Of a stretch of DNA of 64,000 nt, positions 27,190-36,325 are shown in pieces. Made by a program: the position numbers and the translations under genes. The first letter of the stretch is position 1. Every line of letters begins with the position of its first letter. Location: NCBI GenBank assembly GCA_045648925.1, contig JAZROY010000001.1:8841-72840 (forward strand). Direction: 5' to 3'. The notes under the pieces were generated by a model. It was not told the origin of the DNA, did not search any database, and worked only from the letters and a program-made list of their open reading frames with translations. The DNA is from Candidatus Enterousia sp. (lineage in GTDB: Bacteria; Pseudomonadota; Alphaproteobacteria; Rs-D84).

Positions 27190-27759
27190 ATGAGTAAAGG
27201 TTGGGACAGCGGTATGCTGAAAAAATTAAAAGCCCTGGTCGGTAAGGGGTTGTCTACCTCTGAAATGGGCAAGAAACTTGGCATGTCCAAAAATGCTGTC
27301 GTTGGTAAATTGAATCGTTTGGGCTGGAATGCAAAGGCCAGTGATACTGCATCCAAAAAATCTAGCAAGACAAAAAAAGAAACAAAAACGGTCGCAAAAA
27401 AGCCGGCTAAGGTCACATCGGTAAAGAAAGTTGTCGATAAAAAAACAAAAACAACTGTCAAAAAAGCCAAAGAAACAAAAACAGTTCAAACAAAAACAAA
27501 AGCAACTGTTGATACAAAGGCAAAGCCGGTAATTAAAACTGCGTCGAAAAAAACAAAAAAAGATTTGGCTTTGCATGAATTGTTGATTCAGCATGCTTTG
27601 CAGATGGCGGGTTTAAAACCGAATCAGTGCCGTTGGCCGATTGGTGACCCCGATTCGGAAAATTTTCATTTTTGTGGTGAACAGGTCTTTACGGGCAAAC
27701 CGTATTGTTATGAACACTGTCGTCAGGCGTACCAGTTAACACCACCAAAGAAAAAATAA
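27190..27759 (+). CDS. gcrA: cell-cycle transcriptional regulator GcrA
   Basis: The N-terminus is W-x-x-x-LKKLKAL...GLSTSEMGKKLGMSKNAVVGKLNRLG. The C-terminus is CRWPIGDPDSENFHFCG...KPYCYEHCRQAYQ. Both are hallmark GcrA blocks, flanking a Lys-rich linker. Confidence 0.9.
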   Translation: MSKGWDSGMLKKLKALVGKGLSTSEMGKKLGMSKNAVVGKLNRLGWNAKASDTASKKSSKTKKETKTVAKKPAKVTSVKKVVDKKTKTTVKKAKETKTVQTKTKATVDTKAKPVIKTASKKTKKDLALHELLIQHALQMAGLKPNQCRWPIGDPDSENFHFCGEQVFTGKPYCYEHCRQAYQLTPPKKK

Positions 27760-27780
27760 AAAAAACAACGGAGAAAACCA

Positions 27781-29970
27781 ATGATTGGCGAGAGAGAAAA
27801 TTTTGATTCACAAACACAATATGGTTCGCTGGTTATGCGCCCCTATGATATAGAAGGTAACGAAATCAGCGCTTTTTACGATTCGTCTGATAAATTGGTT
27901 TTTGTTTTGGATAATACAATCAGTTCTCGTAAACCTAATATTTTATTGGTAATTAATCCTGATGCAGATAAAAAGTGGGATGAAATATTGTCCGGCGATT
28001 ATGGTATTGATTTGGAAACGATTCGCCCAAAGCAAGATAATAAATATCAAAAATTTGATATCGAATATTCCGGGTTGGGTGTATACGATTCGCTGATAAA
28101 GGCATATGATGCAGGCGATTCGTTGGAAGAATCTTTAAACCAGTTGATGATTTTGCGTGATTCTGCGGCGCGACATAGTGCGATGACGCGTTTGAATATG
28201 GCAAATGAAGTAATCGCAAAAACAAACGCGACAATTGTAAAAACCAAGGAATCTATTGTCAGATTACAGGCGCGTCTTAAAACTTTGCGGGCTAAATTAG
28301 CAGAATCCAAGAAAGGCATTGGTCGTGAACCAACAAAACAATCTGCGTCCAAGATTTTAAAATTGGAATCTCAAATAGAAGCCACAAATGAAAAATTAAA
28401 ACGCGCAAATGAAAGATTAAAATCTGCCCAAAAGCGTTTAGAAACAGCAACTGTGGATGCCGAATTGGCAAGCCAATTATTAAACCAACCGGCTGGGGAA
28501 GTAAAACAAGTTGCTAAAAAACAAGTGATTCCAACAGTTGTTCCTGTTAAACAAAAATCTGTAACAAAGAAAAAACAGGCAGAACCAGAATACGATGAAT
28601 ATGAAGAAGAATACCAAGAAGATGTTGATATGAAAAATGATGCAAACAATGTTGTCAAACAAGAAGAAATTGAAGAAAAAACAGAACAAATAGAAGAAGA
28701 TTATAGCGATGAAGAAACTGAAAAAGTTGAACCTTTGTTTGATGAAGATCCACAAATATTGAATAACGATATCGCGTTTAAACCCATCAGTTTTGAACCA
28801 CCGGCTGTTCCTGAAATATCTAAATCTGACAATGTTCCGGTTGTAAATCAAGATGTGGTTGTGACAGAAGAAACAACAGAAACATTTACCCAAGAAGAAA
28901 AGGAAGATAATAATACAGATTACAAAACAAACCAAGACCAACAATCTGTGTTGGAATCTATGAAACCTATTCCTTTTGATGAAGATTTAAAACCTGTTCC
29001 TGTTGTTGATTTGTCTGAACCAGAAGAAATTGTCAAAGAAGAAATTATAGAAGAAAAACCAGAAACAAAAACAGAAGAAACAGATAAAAAAGAACCTTTG
29101 GAATTAGAAGTTGTCAAAGAAGATGTGCGGCAATATGAACCAGAAGTTGTTGAACGACCAACAGATACGGAAGAAAAAAATATATATGATGAATATCCGG
29201 TTGTGCCACCTGTCGCACCTGTTGCACCAGTGATACCACAAAGCCCTTCGAATATAAGTGTTGTTGATGATGTGGAACCAAAGCGGTCAAAATTCTTTTA
29301 TTATTTACTGTTGATTCTTTTGATTGTGTTGGCTGTGTTCACATTATGGTTATATCAAAAAAATGTGAAACCGTCGGTTCCTGTGTTGGCGGCATCTGTT
29401 GAAAAAACAGAATTACCAAAAGAACAAAATACTGTGTTTAAAAAAGGTAGTGGTTCGTCAAAGACAAGTAAAAATATCAAAGCGCCTGCGGTCAAAGAAG
29501 TAAAAAGAGGAATTGATATTGCTACCCCTTCTTTCCTGGATGAAGAACCTGTTGTTGAACCAATGCCAGAGCCAATAATAGAAGAAAAACCTACTGTCAA
29601 AGAAACAGTAGAAATTGTTGAACCTGTTGATGTCGCGCCACAGGTTATGGATGCTGTCCCTGCGCGCGTAACAACATCTGGTCAGCCCCAAGAAGATGAA
29701 AAAACTGGTTTGTCCGAAGAAGAGATTTTGGCCAATAAACCTGAATATCAACCAGGATCAAAATATGACGAAATGTTTGTTGCTGATGAAGGTGGCGAAA
29801 TAGTAAGTCCAATTAATGTTGAATATGTTGAAGATGATATTGTTTATATGCCACAAGAGCAAGAGATGCCAGAATATGTCGAAGAAAATGTCCAAATCCA
29901 AGACCCGTATTTTGACGAAGAAGAAGCGGCATACCAAGCTGAACAGGCAGGATTATATTATGAAGAATAA
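27781..29970 (+). CDS. large acidic bitopic membrane protein (cytoplasmic coiled-coil, central TM, Pro/Glu-rich C-terminal region), unknown function
   Basis: The 729-aa protein has heptad-like K/E/R-rich helices at residues about 150-250, a single TM segment (FFYYLLLILLIVLAVFTLWLY), and a PVAPVAP motif. It is very rich in Glu and Asp. Confidence 0.55.
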   Translation: MIGERENFDSQTQYGSLVMRPYDIEGNEISAFYDSSDKLVFVLDNTISSRKPNILLVINPDADKKWDEILSGDYGIDLETIRPKQDNKYQKFDIEYSGLGVYDSLIKAYDAGDSLEESLNQLMILRDSAARHSAMTRLNMANEVIAKTNATIVKTKESIVRLQARLKTLRAKLAESKKGIGREPTKQSASKILKLESQIEATNEKLKRANERLKSAQKRLETATVDAELASQLLNQPAGEVKQVAKKQVIPTVVPVKQKSVTKKKQAEPEYDEYEEEYQEDVDMKNDANNVVKQEEIEEKTEQIEEDYSDEETEKVEPLFDEDPQILNNDIAFKPISFEPPAVPEISKSDNVPVVNQDVVVTEETTETFTQEEKEDNNTDYKTNQDQQSVLESMKPIPFDEDLKPVPVVDLSEPEEIVKEEIIEEKPETKTEETDKKEPLELEVVKEDVRQYEPEVVERPTDTEEKNIYDEYPVVPPVAPVAPVIPQSPSNISVVDDVEPKRSKFFYYLLLILLIVLAVFTLWLYQKNVKPSVPVLAASVEKTELPKEQNTVFKKGSGSSKTSKNIKAPAVKEVKRGIDIATPSFLDEEPVVEPMPEPIIEEKPTVKETVEIVEPVDVAPQVMDAVPARVTTSGQPQEDEKTGLSEEEILANKPEYQPGSKYDEMFVADEGGEIVSPINVEYVEDDIVYMPQEQEMPEYVEENVQIQDPYFDEEEAAYQAEQAGLYYEE

Positions 29971-30002
29971 AAAAAATCGCCCGATTGGGCGATTTTTTTG
30001 TC
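29970..30002. terminator. bidirectional terminator (atcgccc-gatt-gggcgat) between the acidic protein gene (+) and acpS (-)
   Basis: The hairpin is flanked by an A8 run and a T7 run. Confidence 0.7.
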
Positions 30003-30013
30003 ATGTTTTCTTT

Positions 30014-30388
30014 TTATTTTTCGATTATAACAACCGCGGCGGAATAGTCGTCTTGGTCAGTTATGGATAACATCACATGTGCGTTCGTTCCCGCTAATTC
30101 TTTTAATGCGTTTTTTGCGCCACCAGCAATCACCAATTCTGGGCGACCATTGTCGTCATGTGTGACAGATATATCCGAAAAAGAAATATCGTCACTGAAC
30201 CCGGTGCCAAGAGCTTTTAATGCCGCCTCTCTTGCAGCCCAAAAATTTGCCAGATGTTTTTCGCTGCGTGCATTGTCATCGTTTGCATATTCCAGTTCTT
30301 TTTTGGTGAAAATGCGCTGTTTTTTAAAAGCAGACCAGTCCAAAAATCTGTCGCTTTCGACCATATCAATTCCAATTCCTATTATCAT
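30014..30388 (-). CDS. acpS: holo-[acyl-carrier-protein] synthase (4'-phosphopantetheinyl transferase)
   Basis: The sequence reads MIIGIGIDMVESDRF...FTKKELEY...AAREAALKALGTG. It is 124 aa. Confidence 0.85.
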   Translation of the reverse strand: MIIGIGIDMVESDRFLDWSAFKKQRIFTKKELEYANDDNARSEKHLANFWAAREAALKALGTGFSDDISFSDISVTHDDNGRPELVIAGGAKNALKELAGTNAHVMLSITDQDDYSAAVVIIEK

Positions 30389-30568
30389 TGAAACCTTCCT
30401 TTTGTTGTTTCTTTATGCGCATACTAGTAATATTTAACCGATTCGTGCAAGCAAAAAATATAATATAATAAAGTCGTGATTTTTTAGTTGTTTAAAATGG
30501 TTGATTTTTTGCCGTATTATGATAAAATTCATCCATAAATAAAAACACAAACAAAAGGAGAATGTGCC

Positions 30569-31453
30569 ATGTTTGATGAAAGAAAATTAAAAACATTCTC
30601 TTGGGTTAATGTTGGTAACCCTGATCACGAAGATTTCGAACGTTTATTAAATGAATATAAAATAGATGAAGATACTATATCTGATATTTTAGATCCTGAT
30701 GAACAGCCGCGTATCGAAATTGAAGATGATTACAAGGTTATAATTGTACGCTTTCCAATTGCTAATCGTGAAATGGATACAACATGGCATACCGAACCAT
30801 TATCAATAATTTATTCTAATAAACAGGTTATAACTGTTTGTCGCAAAAGATGCGATTTGCTGGATAAAATCAAAGACGATGAAATGAACAGTCGTGAAAC
30901 CTTTATTTTGAATATCATATATTATATTGCGGAATCTTATCTGCGCGCGTTAAAAGAATTAAATAAAAAAGTATTGGCATCTAAAAAAACATTACAAGAA
31001 CGCATTCGCAAGCAAGAATTAATGCAGTTGCTTGAGGTTGAAAATGCTTATACATTATATATGGCATCCCTAAAAGGTAATCTTACCGTTATGGATAAAA
31101 TTGATAAAATGCGTGGTTTTATCAAAGATGACGATAATCAAGAATTGGCAGAAGATACAAGAATCGAATTTAACCAGGCGATTGAGGTTGTAACCAGTTA
31201 CAGCAAGATGTTAAAGTCGATTAAGGAAACTTTTGAAAGTATCATTAATATTGATTCGAACACTTACATTAATCGTTTAACCATTTGGAACATTGTTTTG
31301 ATGGTGCCAAGTGTGATTGTTGGATATTATGGTATGAATATGGAATTGCCCTATGCCGGACATTCTCACACCGCAATCGTGATATTTATTGCGATAATGG
31401 TATTGTTGACCGGATACGGTTTATACACCATCGCCCGCAGACGCGTGTTTTGA
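30569..31453 (+). CDS. CorA-family divalent cation (Mg2+/Co2+) transporter
   Basis: Two C-terminal TM helices carry the YGMNM (GMN) signature. The 294-aa protein has a large N-terminal cytoplasmic domain. Confidence 0.75.
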   Translation: MFDERKLKTFSWVNVGNPDHEDFERLLNEYKIDEDTISDILDPDEQPRIEIEDDYKVIIVRFPIANREMDTTWHTEPLSIIYSNKQVITVCRKRCDLLDKIKDDEMNSRETFILNIIYYIAESYLRALKELNKKVLASKKTLQERIRKQELMQLLEVENAYTLYMASLKGNLTVMDKIDKMRGFIKDDDNQELAEDTRIEFNQAIEVVTSYSKMLKSIKETFESIINIDSNTYINRLTIWNIVLMVPSVIVGYYGMNMELPYAGHSHTAIVIFIAIMVLLTGYGLYTIARRRVF

Positions 31454-31531
31454 TTGATTGTAAAGAATACTTGACAATTTATATTTTTTGTATTACTTTT
31501 GGTTTAAACAATAAAACCAAAGGGGGTGGAC

Positions 31532-31846
31532 ATGAAAAAACAAAATATTAAAAATTTGTTTGTTAACGGTAAAAAAATTGCTTTTATGATTTTGTTGGCT
31601 ATATCTTTGAATGCTTGTGGTTCTAATAAGGAAGAAACTTGTGTTGATAATGGTAAAAATGTGGTTGAATCTAAAGAGCTTACTCCGAAAAGCCAATTAA
31701 AAACAGCCGGTGAAATATTGGCCTTTTTTGCTGTTATGATTGGAAGTTTGTGTATATTTGTCCCAGGTTATGCTAAAGATTATGAACGAAAAAAAGAAGC
31801 AATAAAAAAATACGCGGAAAGACAATCACAAAAAGAACAAAAATAA
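31532..31846 (+). CDS. small putative lipoprotein or membrane protein
   Basis: An RBS (agggggtgga) precedes the ATG. The signal has a lipobox-like LNAC, followed by a second hydrophobic segment and a K/E-rich tail. Confidence 0.4.
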   Translation: MKKQNIKNLFVNGKKIAFMILLAISLNACGSNKEETCVDNGKNVVESKELTPKSQLKTAGEILAFFAVMIGSLCIFVPGYAKDYERKKEAIKKYAERQSQKEQK

Positions 31847-31872
31847 AAAAATCACCCTTGTGGGCGATTTTT

Positions 31873-32430
31873 TTATTGTATTTGTTGTTTTATAAAATTA
31901 AAATTTATATCTATATCATCGGTTGGTAATTTGATATCGTAAAATGTAACATTTGGTTGCTGGGAAAGCCACATTATTGCCGGCATAGTTGTTGATTTAA
32001 ACGCGGCAATTCGTTTCTGGACAGCGGCGGTATCATTGTCATCAGAACGGTTGCCCCCTTCCCTTATTCTTTTTTGAATATGTGCAATCATGGTTTCTTC
32101 AGTGATGTTTAAAAATATTATTTTAATATTAAATTTATCTGCATAATTTGCGACCAACCATTTGGCTTGACCGATTGTGCGTGGAAATCCATCAAGTATT
32201 AAATCTTTGTTGGTTTTAATATGTTCGGCGATAATAGGAAACAAATCTTCATCGCCCACCAATTCACCGCGTGTAATTTTTTTACATATTTCGGATTCTT
32301 TTGGCATGGTGCGTAAAATTGCCCCTGCTTCGACATAATTAAAATCGTGTTCTTTTAACAGTAGATTCGCAAAGGTTCCTTTACCCGAACCTTGACCGCC
32401 CATAAAAACAATCATATCTGGTTTTGTCAT
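31873..32430 (-). CDS. adk: adenylate-kinase-family nucleoside monophosphate kinase (short form)
   Basis: It has a P-loop (GGQGSGKGT) and the NMP-binding region ILDGFPRTIGQA. It is 185 aa. Confidence 0.7.
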   Translation of the reverse strand: MTKPDMIVFMGGQGSGKGTFANLLLKEHDFNYVEAGAILRTMPKESEICKKITRGELVGDEDLFPIIAEHIKTNKDLILDGFPRTIGQAKWLVANYADKFNIKIIFLNITEETMIAHIQKRIREGGNRSDDNDTAAVQKRIAAFKSTTMPAIMWLSQQPNVTFYDIKLPTDDIDINFNFIKQQIQ

Positions 32431-32469
32431 TATAAATCCTTTTTTGTCCGCTTTATTGTATCACATAAA

Positions 32470-32503
32470 TAAAAAAATCCCACTAAAAAGTGGGATTTTT
32501 GAA
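32470..32503 (-). terminator. rho-independent terminator after rpsA (atcccact-aaaaa-gtgggat)
   Basis: The hairpin and T-run lie on the minus strand downstream of the rpsA stop. Confidence 0.65.
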
Positions 32504-32518
32504 TAGAATCCAACAAAA

Positions 32519-34222
32519 TTATTTTTTGCTGTTTTCAATTGCAGCGCCCAAGATGTCGCCAAGGACAGAACCAGAATCTGCTTCGTTAGCAAATTCTTTG
32601 ACTGCCTGTTTTTCAAGAGTCACTTGCAAAGCGCGAACAGACAATTTTACATTGTTGCCGTCAACCGAAACAACAGATGCTTCGACAGAATCACCAACAT
32701 TGTATTTTGATGTATCTTGTTCGTTCTTTTCGCGCGATAAATCTGTTCTGCGGATTGTACCACGAACATCACCAGGCAAAGCCAAGATTAATTCATCAGG
32801 TGTTATTTCAGAAACTGTTCCGCAAACAACAGCGCCTTTTTTAAGGGTTGTGTTGTTGCTTTCTGCGTTTTCAGTCAACTGTTTAATACCCAATGTAATG
32901 CGTTCTTTTTCTGGATTGATGTCCAAAATTTTTGCTGTCACTTCTTGACCGCGAACGAATTTTTTCAATTCTTCTTCGTCCAGTTTATTCCAAGACAAAT
33001 CAGAAATGTGAATCATTCCGTCTAATTCTGGTGTCAAAGCGATAAACAGACCAAATTCAGTTGTGTTTTTAATTGGACCAGTGATAACATCGCCAACTTT
33101 GTGGTTTTCTGCAAATTCTTTCCATGGGTTTGGTTGTAATTGCTTGTACCCCAAAGAGATACGACGTTTTTCTTGGTCAATATCCAAAACAACAACATTG
33201 ATTTCTTGACCGTTTTGCAAGACCTTGCTTGGGTGAATATTTTTGTTTGTCCATGATAATTCAGACATATGGACCAAACCTTCGATATTGTTCCCCAGGT
33301 CAATGAACGCACCGTAATCTGTCAAAGAAGACACTTTGCCAGTCACTGTATCGCCAACATTAAATGCCTTGGATGCAGTTTCCCATGGATCTTCTTCTAA
33401 TTGTTTTGCACCCAATGAAATACGGTGAGATTCTGGGTCGAATTGGATAACTTTGACCTTAATCTTTTCGCCAACATGAACCAATTCACGTGGGTGATTG
33501 ATGCGTTTCCAAGATAAATCTGTGACATGCAACAAACCATCGATTCCGCCCAAATCAATAAACACACCGTAATCAGTAATGTTTTTGACTGTACCTTCAA
33601 GCACTGCACCCAACGAAATATTTTTCATTGCTTCTTTTTGTTGTGCAGCGATAGCATCGGCCTGGATAGCACGACGAGATACGATTGCATTTGTGCGCAA
33701 AGCATCCATCTTTAATACACGGAATTTGTCTTTCAAGCCGATTAAAGATTTGGCATCACGTACCGGTTTATGGTCAACCTGGCTGGATGGCATAAACGCA
33801 AACACACCATTGATATCAACAGTGTAACCACCACGAACAACATCGATAATAGTACCTTCTGGATCGATGCCTTCGGCAACAGTTTTTTCCAAATCTTTCC
33901 ATGCTTTTTCTGCACGTGCTTTGGTATAAGATAATACAGCTGTTCCTTCGCGGGATTCGTATCTTTCAACGAAAACATCAATGATGTCGCCAACGGATGG
34001 AACAGAAGCACCAAATTCTTTTAATGGGATGCGACCTTCGGATTTCAAGCCAACATCAACAAACGCGAAATCGCCACGGATGTCTTTGACTGTCCCTTTG
34101 GTAGCATAGCCCTGCAAAGTTTCTTGGGTGCCATAATTTTTATCAAACATCTGGACAAAATCTTCGCCAGATATTGGGTTAAATAAATCTTTGGATAAAT
34201 CTTTCATAAGAATTTTAAACAA
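32519..34222 (-). CDS. rpsA: 30S ribosomal protein S1
   Basis: It has six S1 (OB-fold) repeats. It is 567 aa. Confidence 0.9.
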   Translation of the reverse strand: MFKILMKDLSKDLFNPISGEDFVQMFDKNYGTQETLQGYATKGTVKDIRGDFAFVDVGLKSEGRIPLKEFGASVPSVGDIIDVFVERYESREGTAVLSYTKARAEKAWKDLEKTVAEGIDPEGTIIDVVRGGYTVDINGVFAFMPSSQVDHKPVRDAKSLIGLKDKFRVLKMDALRTNAIVSRRAIQADAIAAQQKEAMKNISLGAVLEGTVKNITDYGVFIDLGGIDGLLHVTDLSWKRINHPRELVHVGEKIKVKVIQFDPESHRISLGAKQLEEDPWETASKAFNVGDTVTGKVSSLTDYGAFIDLGNNIEGLVHMSELSWTNKNIHPSKVLQNGQEINVVVLDIDQEKRRISLGYKQLQPNPWKEFAENHKVGDVITGPIKNTTEFGLFIALTPELDGMIHISDLSWNKLDEEELKKFVRGQEVTAKILDINPEKERITLGIKQLTENAESNNTTLKKGAVVCGTVSEITPDELILALPGDVRGTIRRTDLSREKNEQDTSKYNVGDSVEASVVSVDGNNVKLSVRALQVTLEKQAVKEFANEADSGSVLGDILGAAIENSKK

Positions 34223-34380
34223 AGTTTGCCGTCGTCATAATCTTTTGTAAAGACGAGGTCTTGTGGGGTTAATCGGATTGATTTGCGCGCCCACCCGCGA
34301 AATCTGGCACATTATATAGCGCTTTTTAAAGAAAATCAAGAAAAAACAAATAAAAAAACCGCCCGTTTGGGCGGTCGGGT

Positions 34381-35292
34381 TTATCTGCTAAGTTGCTTTT
34401 TTGCATCTGCAATAATAATTGAACGGGTTGTGTTGTATTCTGAAACAGCTGCATTTTGTTTCAAAACTTGTTTTTGTTTTGCGTTATTGATTTGTTTTTG
34501 CAATTCCAAATAATGGTTCTTTTTAGAAAGTTCACCCATATATTCATGGTAAATATCAAATGCCCCATGTCTTGGACGGTTCGTTTCGCCAGCGTGTGCA
34601 AAGGTGTGTTTAAAGCCAGGTTTTGTGATGCTGTTCAATTTGACACAAATGTCACGCAACTCTTTGATGACGTCTATTTGTTCCTTTGTGATATTGTTTG
34701 CGTATGGTGAAGAATCTTCAACAATATAGTTAGGGATGCTATGTTCTGGGGTTGTTGCATCAAGTATTTTAGCCATTTTCAATAACAATGATTCCATTTC
34801 TGGTCTGTTTTCTGGTTTTACAATGAAAATCTTATGTGGCGCTGCGTTGGTGTTTAAAACATAAGCAATACTGTTATATCTTTTAAAGACACCACGATAA
34901 CGTTTGGGCATGTTTGTATATGCCCCGTCGGATATATATGGGCGTTTGTCGCGCTTCTTAACAAGCTTAGTATCAGTTAATATTTCCCATGGATAATTAT
35001 GAAAATAACCAGACGAAGGCAGACATTTGTTTTGTATTTTACATGTTAAACGTTCAAAGTAATTCCAATAGAAATCTGTAAAGAACATACCATATATTAT
35101 CAATCGGTTATGTAGGTTTTCTCCTTCAAAAGTTTTACCAGTAGTGCACATAAATTTTTCTGGATTCCATGCTTCTGAAACAGAATATTCCAAATTCATA
35201 AGATCAGATAACAAAACATCAGGTCGTTGATTTAAAATACTAGTGTCTACTTTTTTTAATTTGTTGCTAAAATTTGTTAAAAAATTTCCCAT
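34381..35292 (-). CDS. hypothetical protein, paralog A of a tandem pair (unknown family)
   Basis: It is 303 aa and shares conserved blocks with the upstream paralog (MPKRYRGVF...Y.L; RHGAFDIY.EY..EL..KN.Y...Q.AINN). It has no signal peptide. Confidence 0.6.
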   Translation of the reverse strand: MGNFLTNFSNKLKKVDTSILNQRPDVLLSDLMNLEYSVSEAWNPEKFMCTTGKTFEGENLHNRLIIYGMFFTDFYWNYFERLTCKIQNKCLPSSGYFHNYPWEILTDTKLVKKRDKRPYISDGAYTNMPKRYRGVFKRYNSIAYVLNTNAAPHKIFIVKPENRPEMESLLLKMAKILDATTPEHSIPNYIVEDSSPYANNITKEQIDVIKELRDICVKLNSITKPGFKHTFAHAGETNRPRHGAFDIYHEYMGELSKKNHYLELQKQINNAKQKQVLKQNAAVSEYNTTRSIIIADAKKQLSR

Positions 35293-35308
35293 AATACGTC
35301 CTTTTTTA

Positions 35309-36226
35309 TTATTTTGTGCGGTTTTTTAAGTTGGCGATAAGTTGTTTCCGTACATTGATATCATTTTGTTTTGCGTGGTCTATTAACACCAATATACCAG
35401 AACGGTTTTTTTCATCCGCTTGTTCAGCAAGATATTGCAAGCCAGTGTATTCTGCAATCGTGTTATTGATAGCGTTTTGGGCATTTGCGTAACGATTTTT
35501 TTGTGTCAATTCGTTCTGGTATTCATTGTAAATATCAAAGGCACCATGTCTTGTCATGCCGTCATATCTGTTGACTAAAATTTCTTTGACATAAATGTTT
35601 GTAATTCTATCTATGTGTAAGAATATATCACGTAATTTGTTAATAGTATTGATTTGGTTTTCGCTTACCAAACGTGAAGACAAAGAATATTTTTGAACAA
35701 AATCTGGTGCAGTAACTTTTTTAGCAATGCGTTTTTCTGACGCGTTAGTATTTAATTGCCATTTTGTTCTGTAAATTCTTGGAATCAGAATTCTGGCATA
35801 GTCCAATAATTCTTCCAATATTTGTTTATCAGATTTTCTTGTTGAAACAACTGGTCTTGCTTCGTCTTGGATGTGTAATACATAATGTTCATTGTCAAAT
35901 TGGGTAAAAACACCACGATAACGTTTTGGCATTTTGTTGTATTCTTCATTAGAAATTTTTGGAAAATCATTTGTTTGACTTGATAACACTTGTAATTGTT
36001 TGTCGTTTAGTTTTCTGTCCAAAAATTCTAAATATGTATCGAACATATTTTTAAAGAAAATTCCGTTTACCAAAACTTGATTCTGAGGATTTAATGTTTC
36101 GTACTTGTTTGGGCTGATTATGCTTTTTGTTTCGTTTAATGCTTTGTCTGCAATAAAAGCACAACTTTGAAGTTCCAGAATAAAATCTGTTGGGTTCATA
36201 TTATTTAATTTTGATGCATTTGACAT
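35309..36226 (-). CDS. hypothetical protein, paralog B of a tandem pair (unknown family)
   Basis: It is 305 aa with the same conserved blocks as 34381-35292. It lies 16 nt upstream of paralog A. Confidence 0.6.
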   Translation of the reverse strand: MSNASKLNNMNPTDFILELQSCAFIADKALNETKSIISPNKYETLNPQNQVLVNGIFFKNMFDTYLEFLDRKLNDKQLQVLSSQTNDFPKISNEEYNKMPKRYRGVFTQFDNEHYVLHIQDEARPVVSTRKSDKQILEELLDYARILIPRIYRTKWQLNTNASEKRIAKKVTAPDFVQKYSLSSRLVSENQINTINKLRDIFLHIDRITNIYVKEILVNRYDGMTRHGAFDIYNEYQNELTQKNRYANAQNAINNTIAEYTGLQYLAEQADEKNRSGILVLIDHAKQNDINVRKQLIANLKNRTK

Positions 36227-36325
36227 TTTAAATCCTTATGTTTATAAATTGGGTTATGATTATAGAAAAAATATATGGAAAGTCAAATAAAAAGCCCCGG
36301 TTTTTAAGGGGGGGGGCTTTGATTA

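Noticed and set aside
28371-29751. Multiple minus-strand ORFs inside the acidic protein gene (28371-28658, 28480-28944, 28920-29117, 29355-29600, 29458-29751)
   Set aside because: These are the reverse-frame products of a Glu-rich gene (GAA/GAG antisense gives TTC/CTC), which yields Phe/Leu/Ser-rich pseudo-ORFs.
32490-32948. 152-aa plus-strand ORF overlapping the 3' end of rpsA
   Set aside because: It is antisense to ribosomal protein S1. Its Ser/Thr/Pro-rich composition is typical of the reverse frame of a K/E/D-rich gene.
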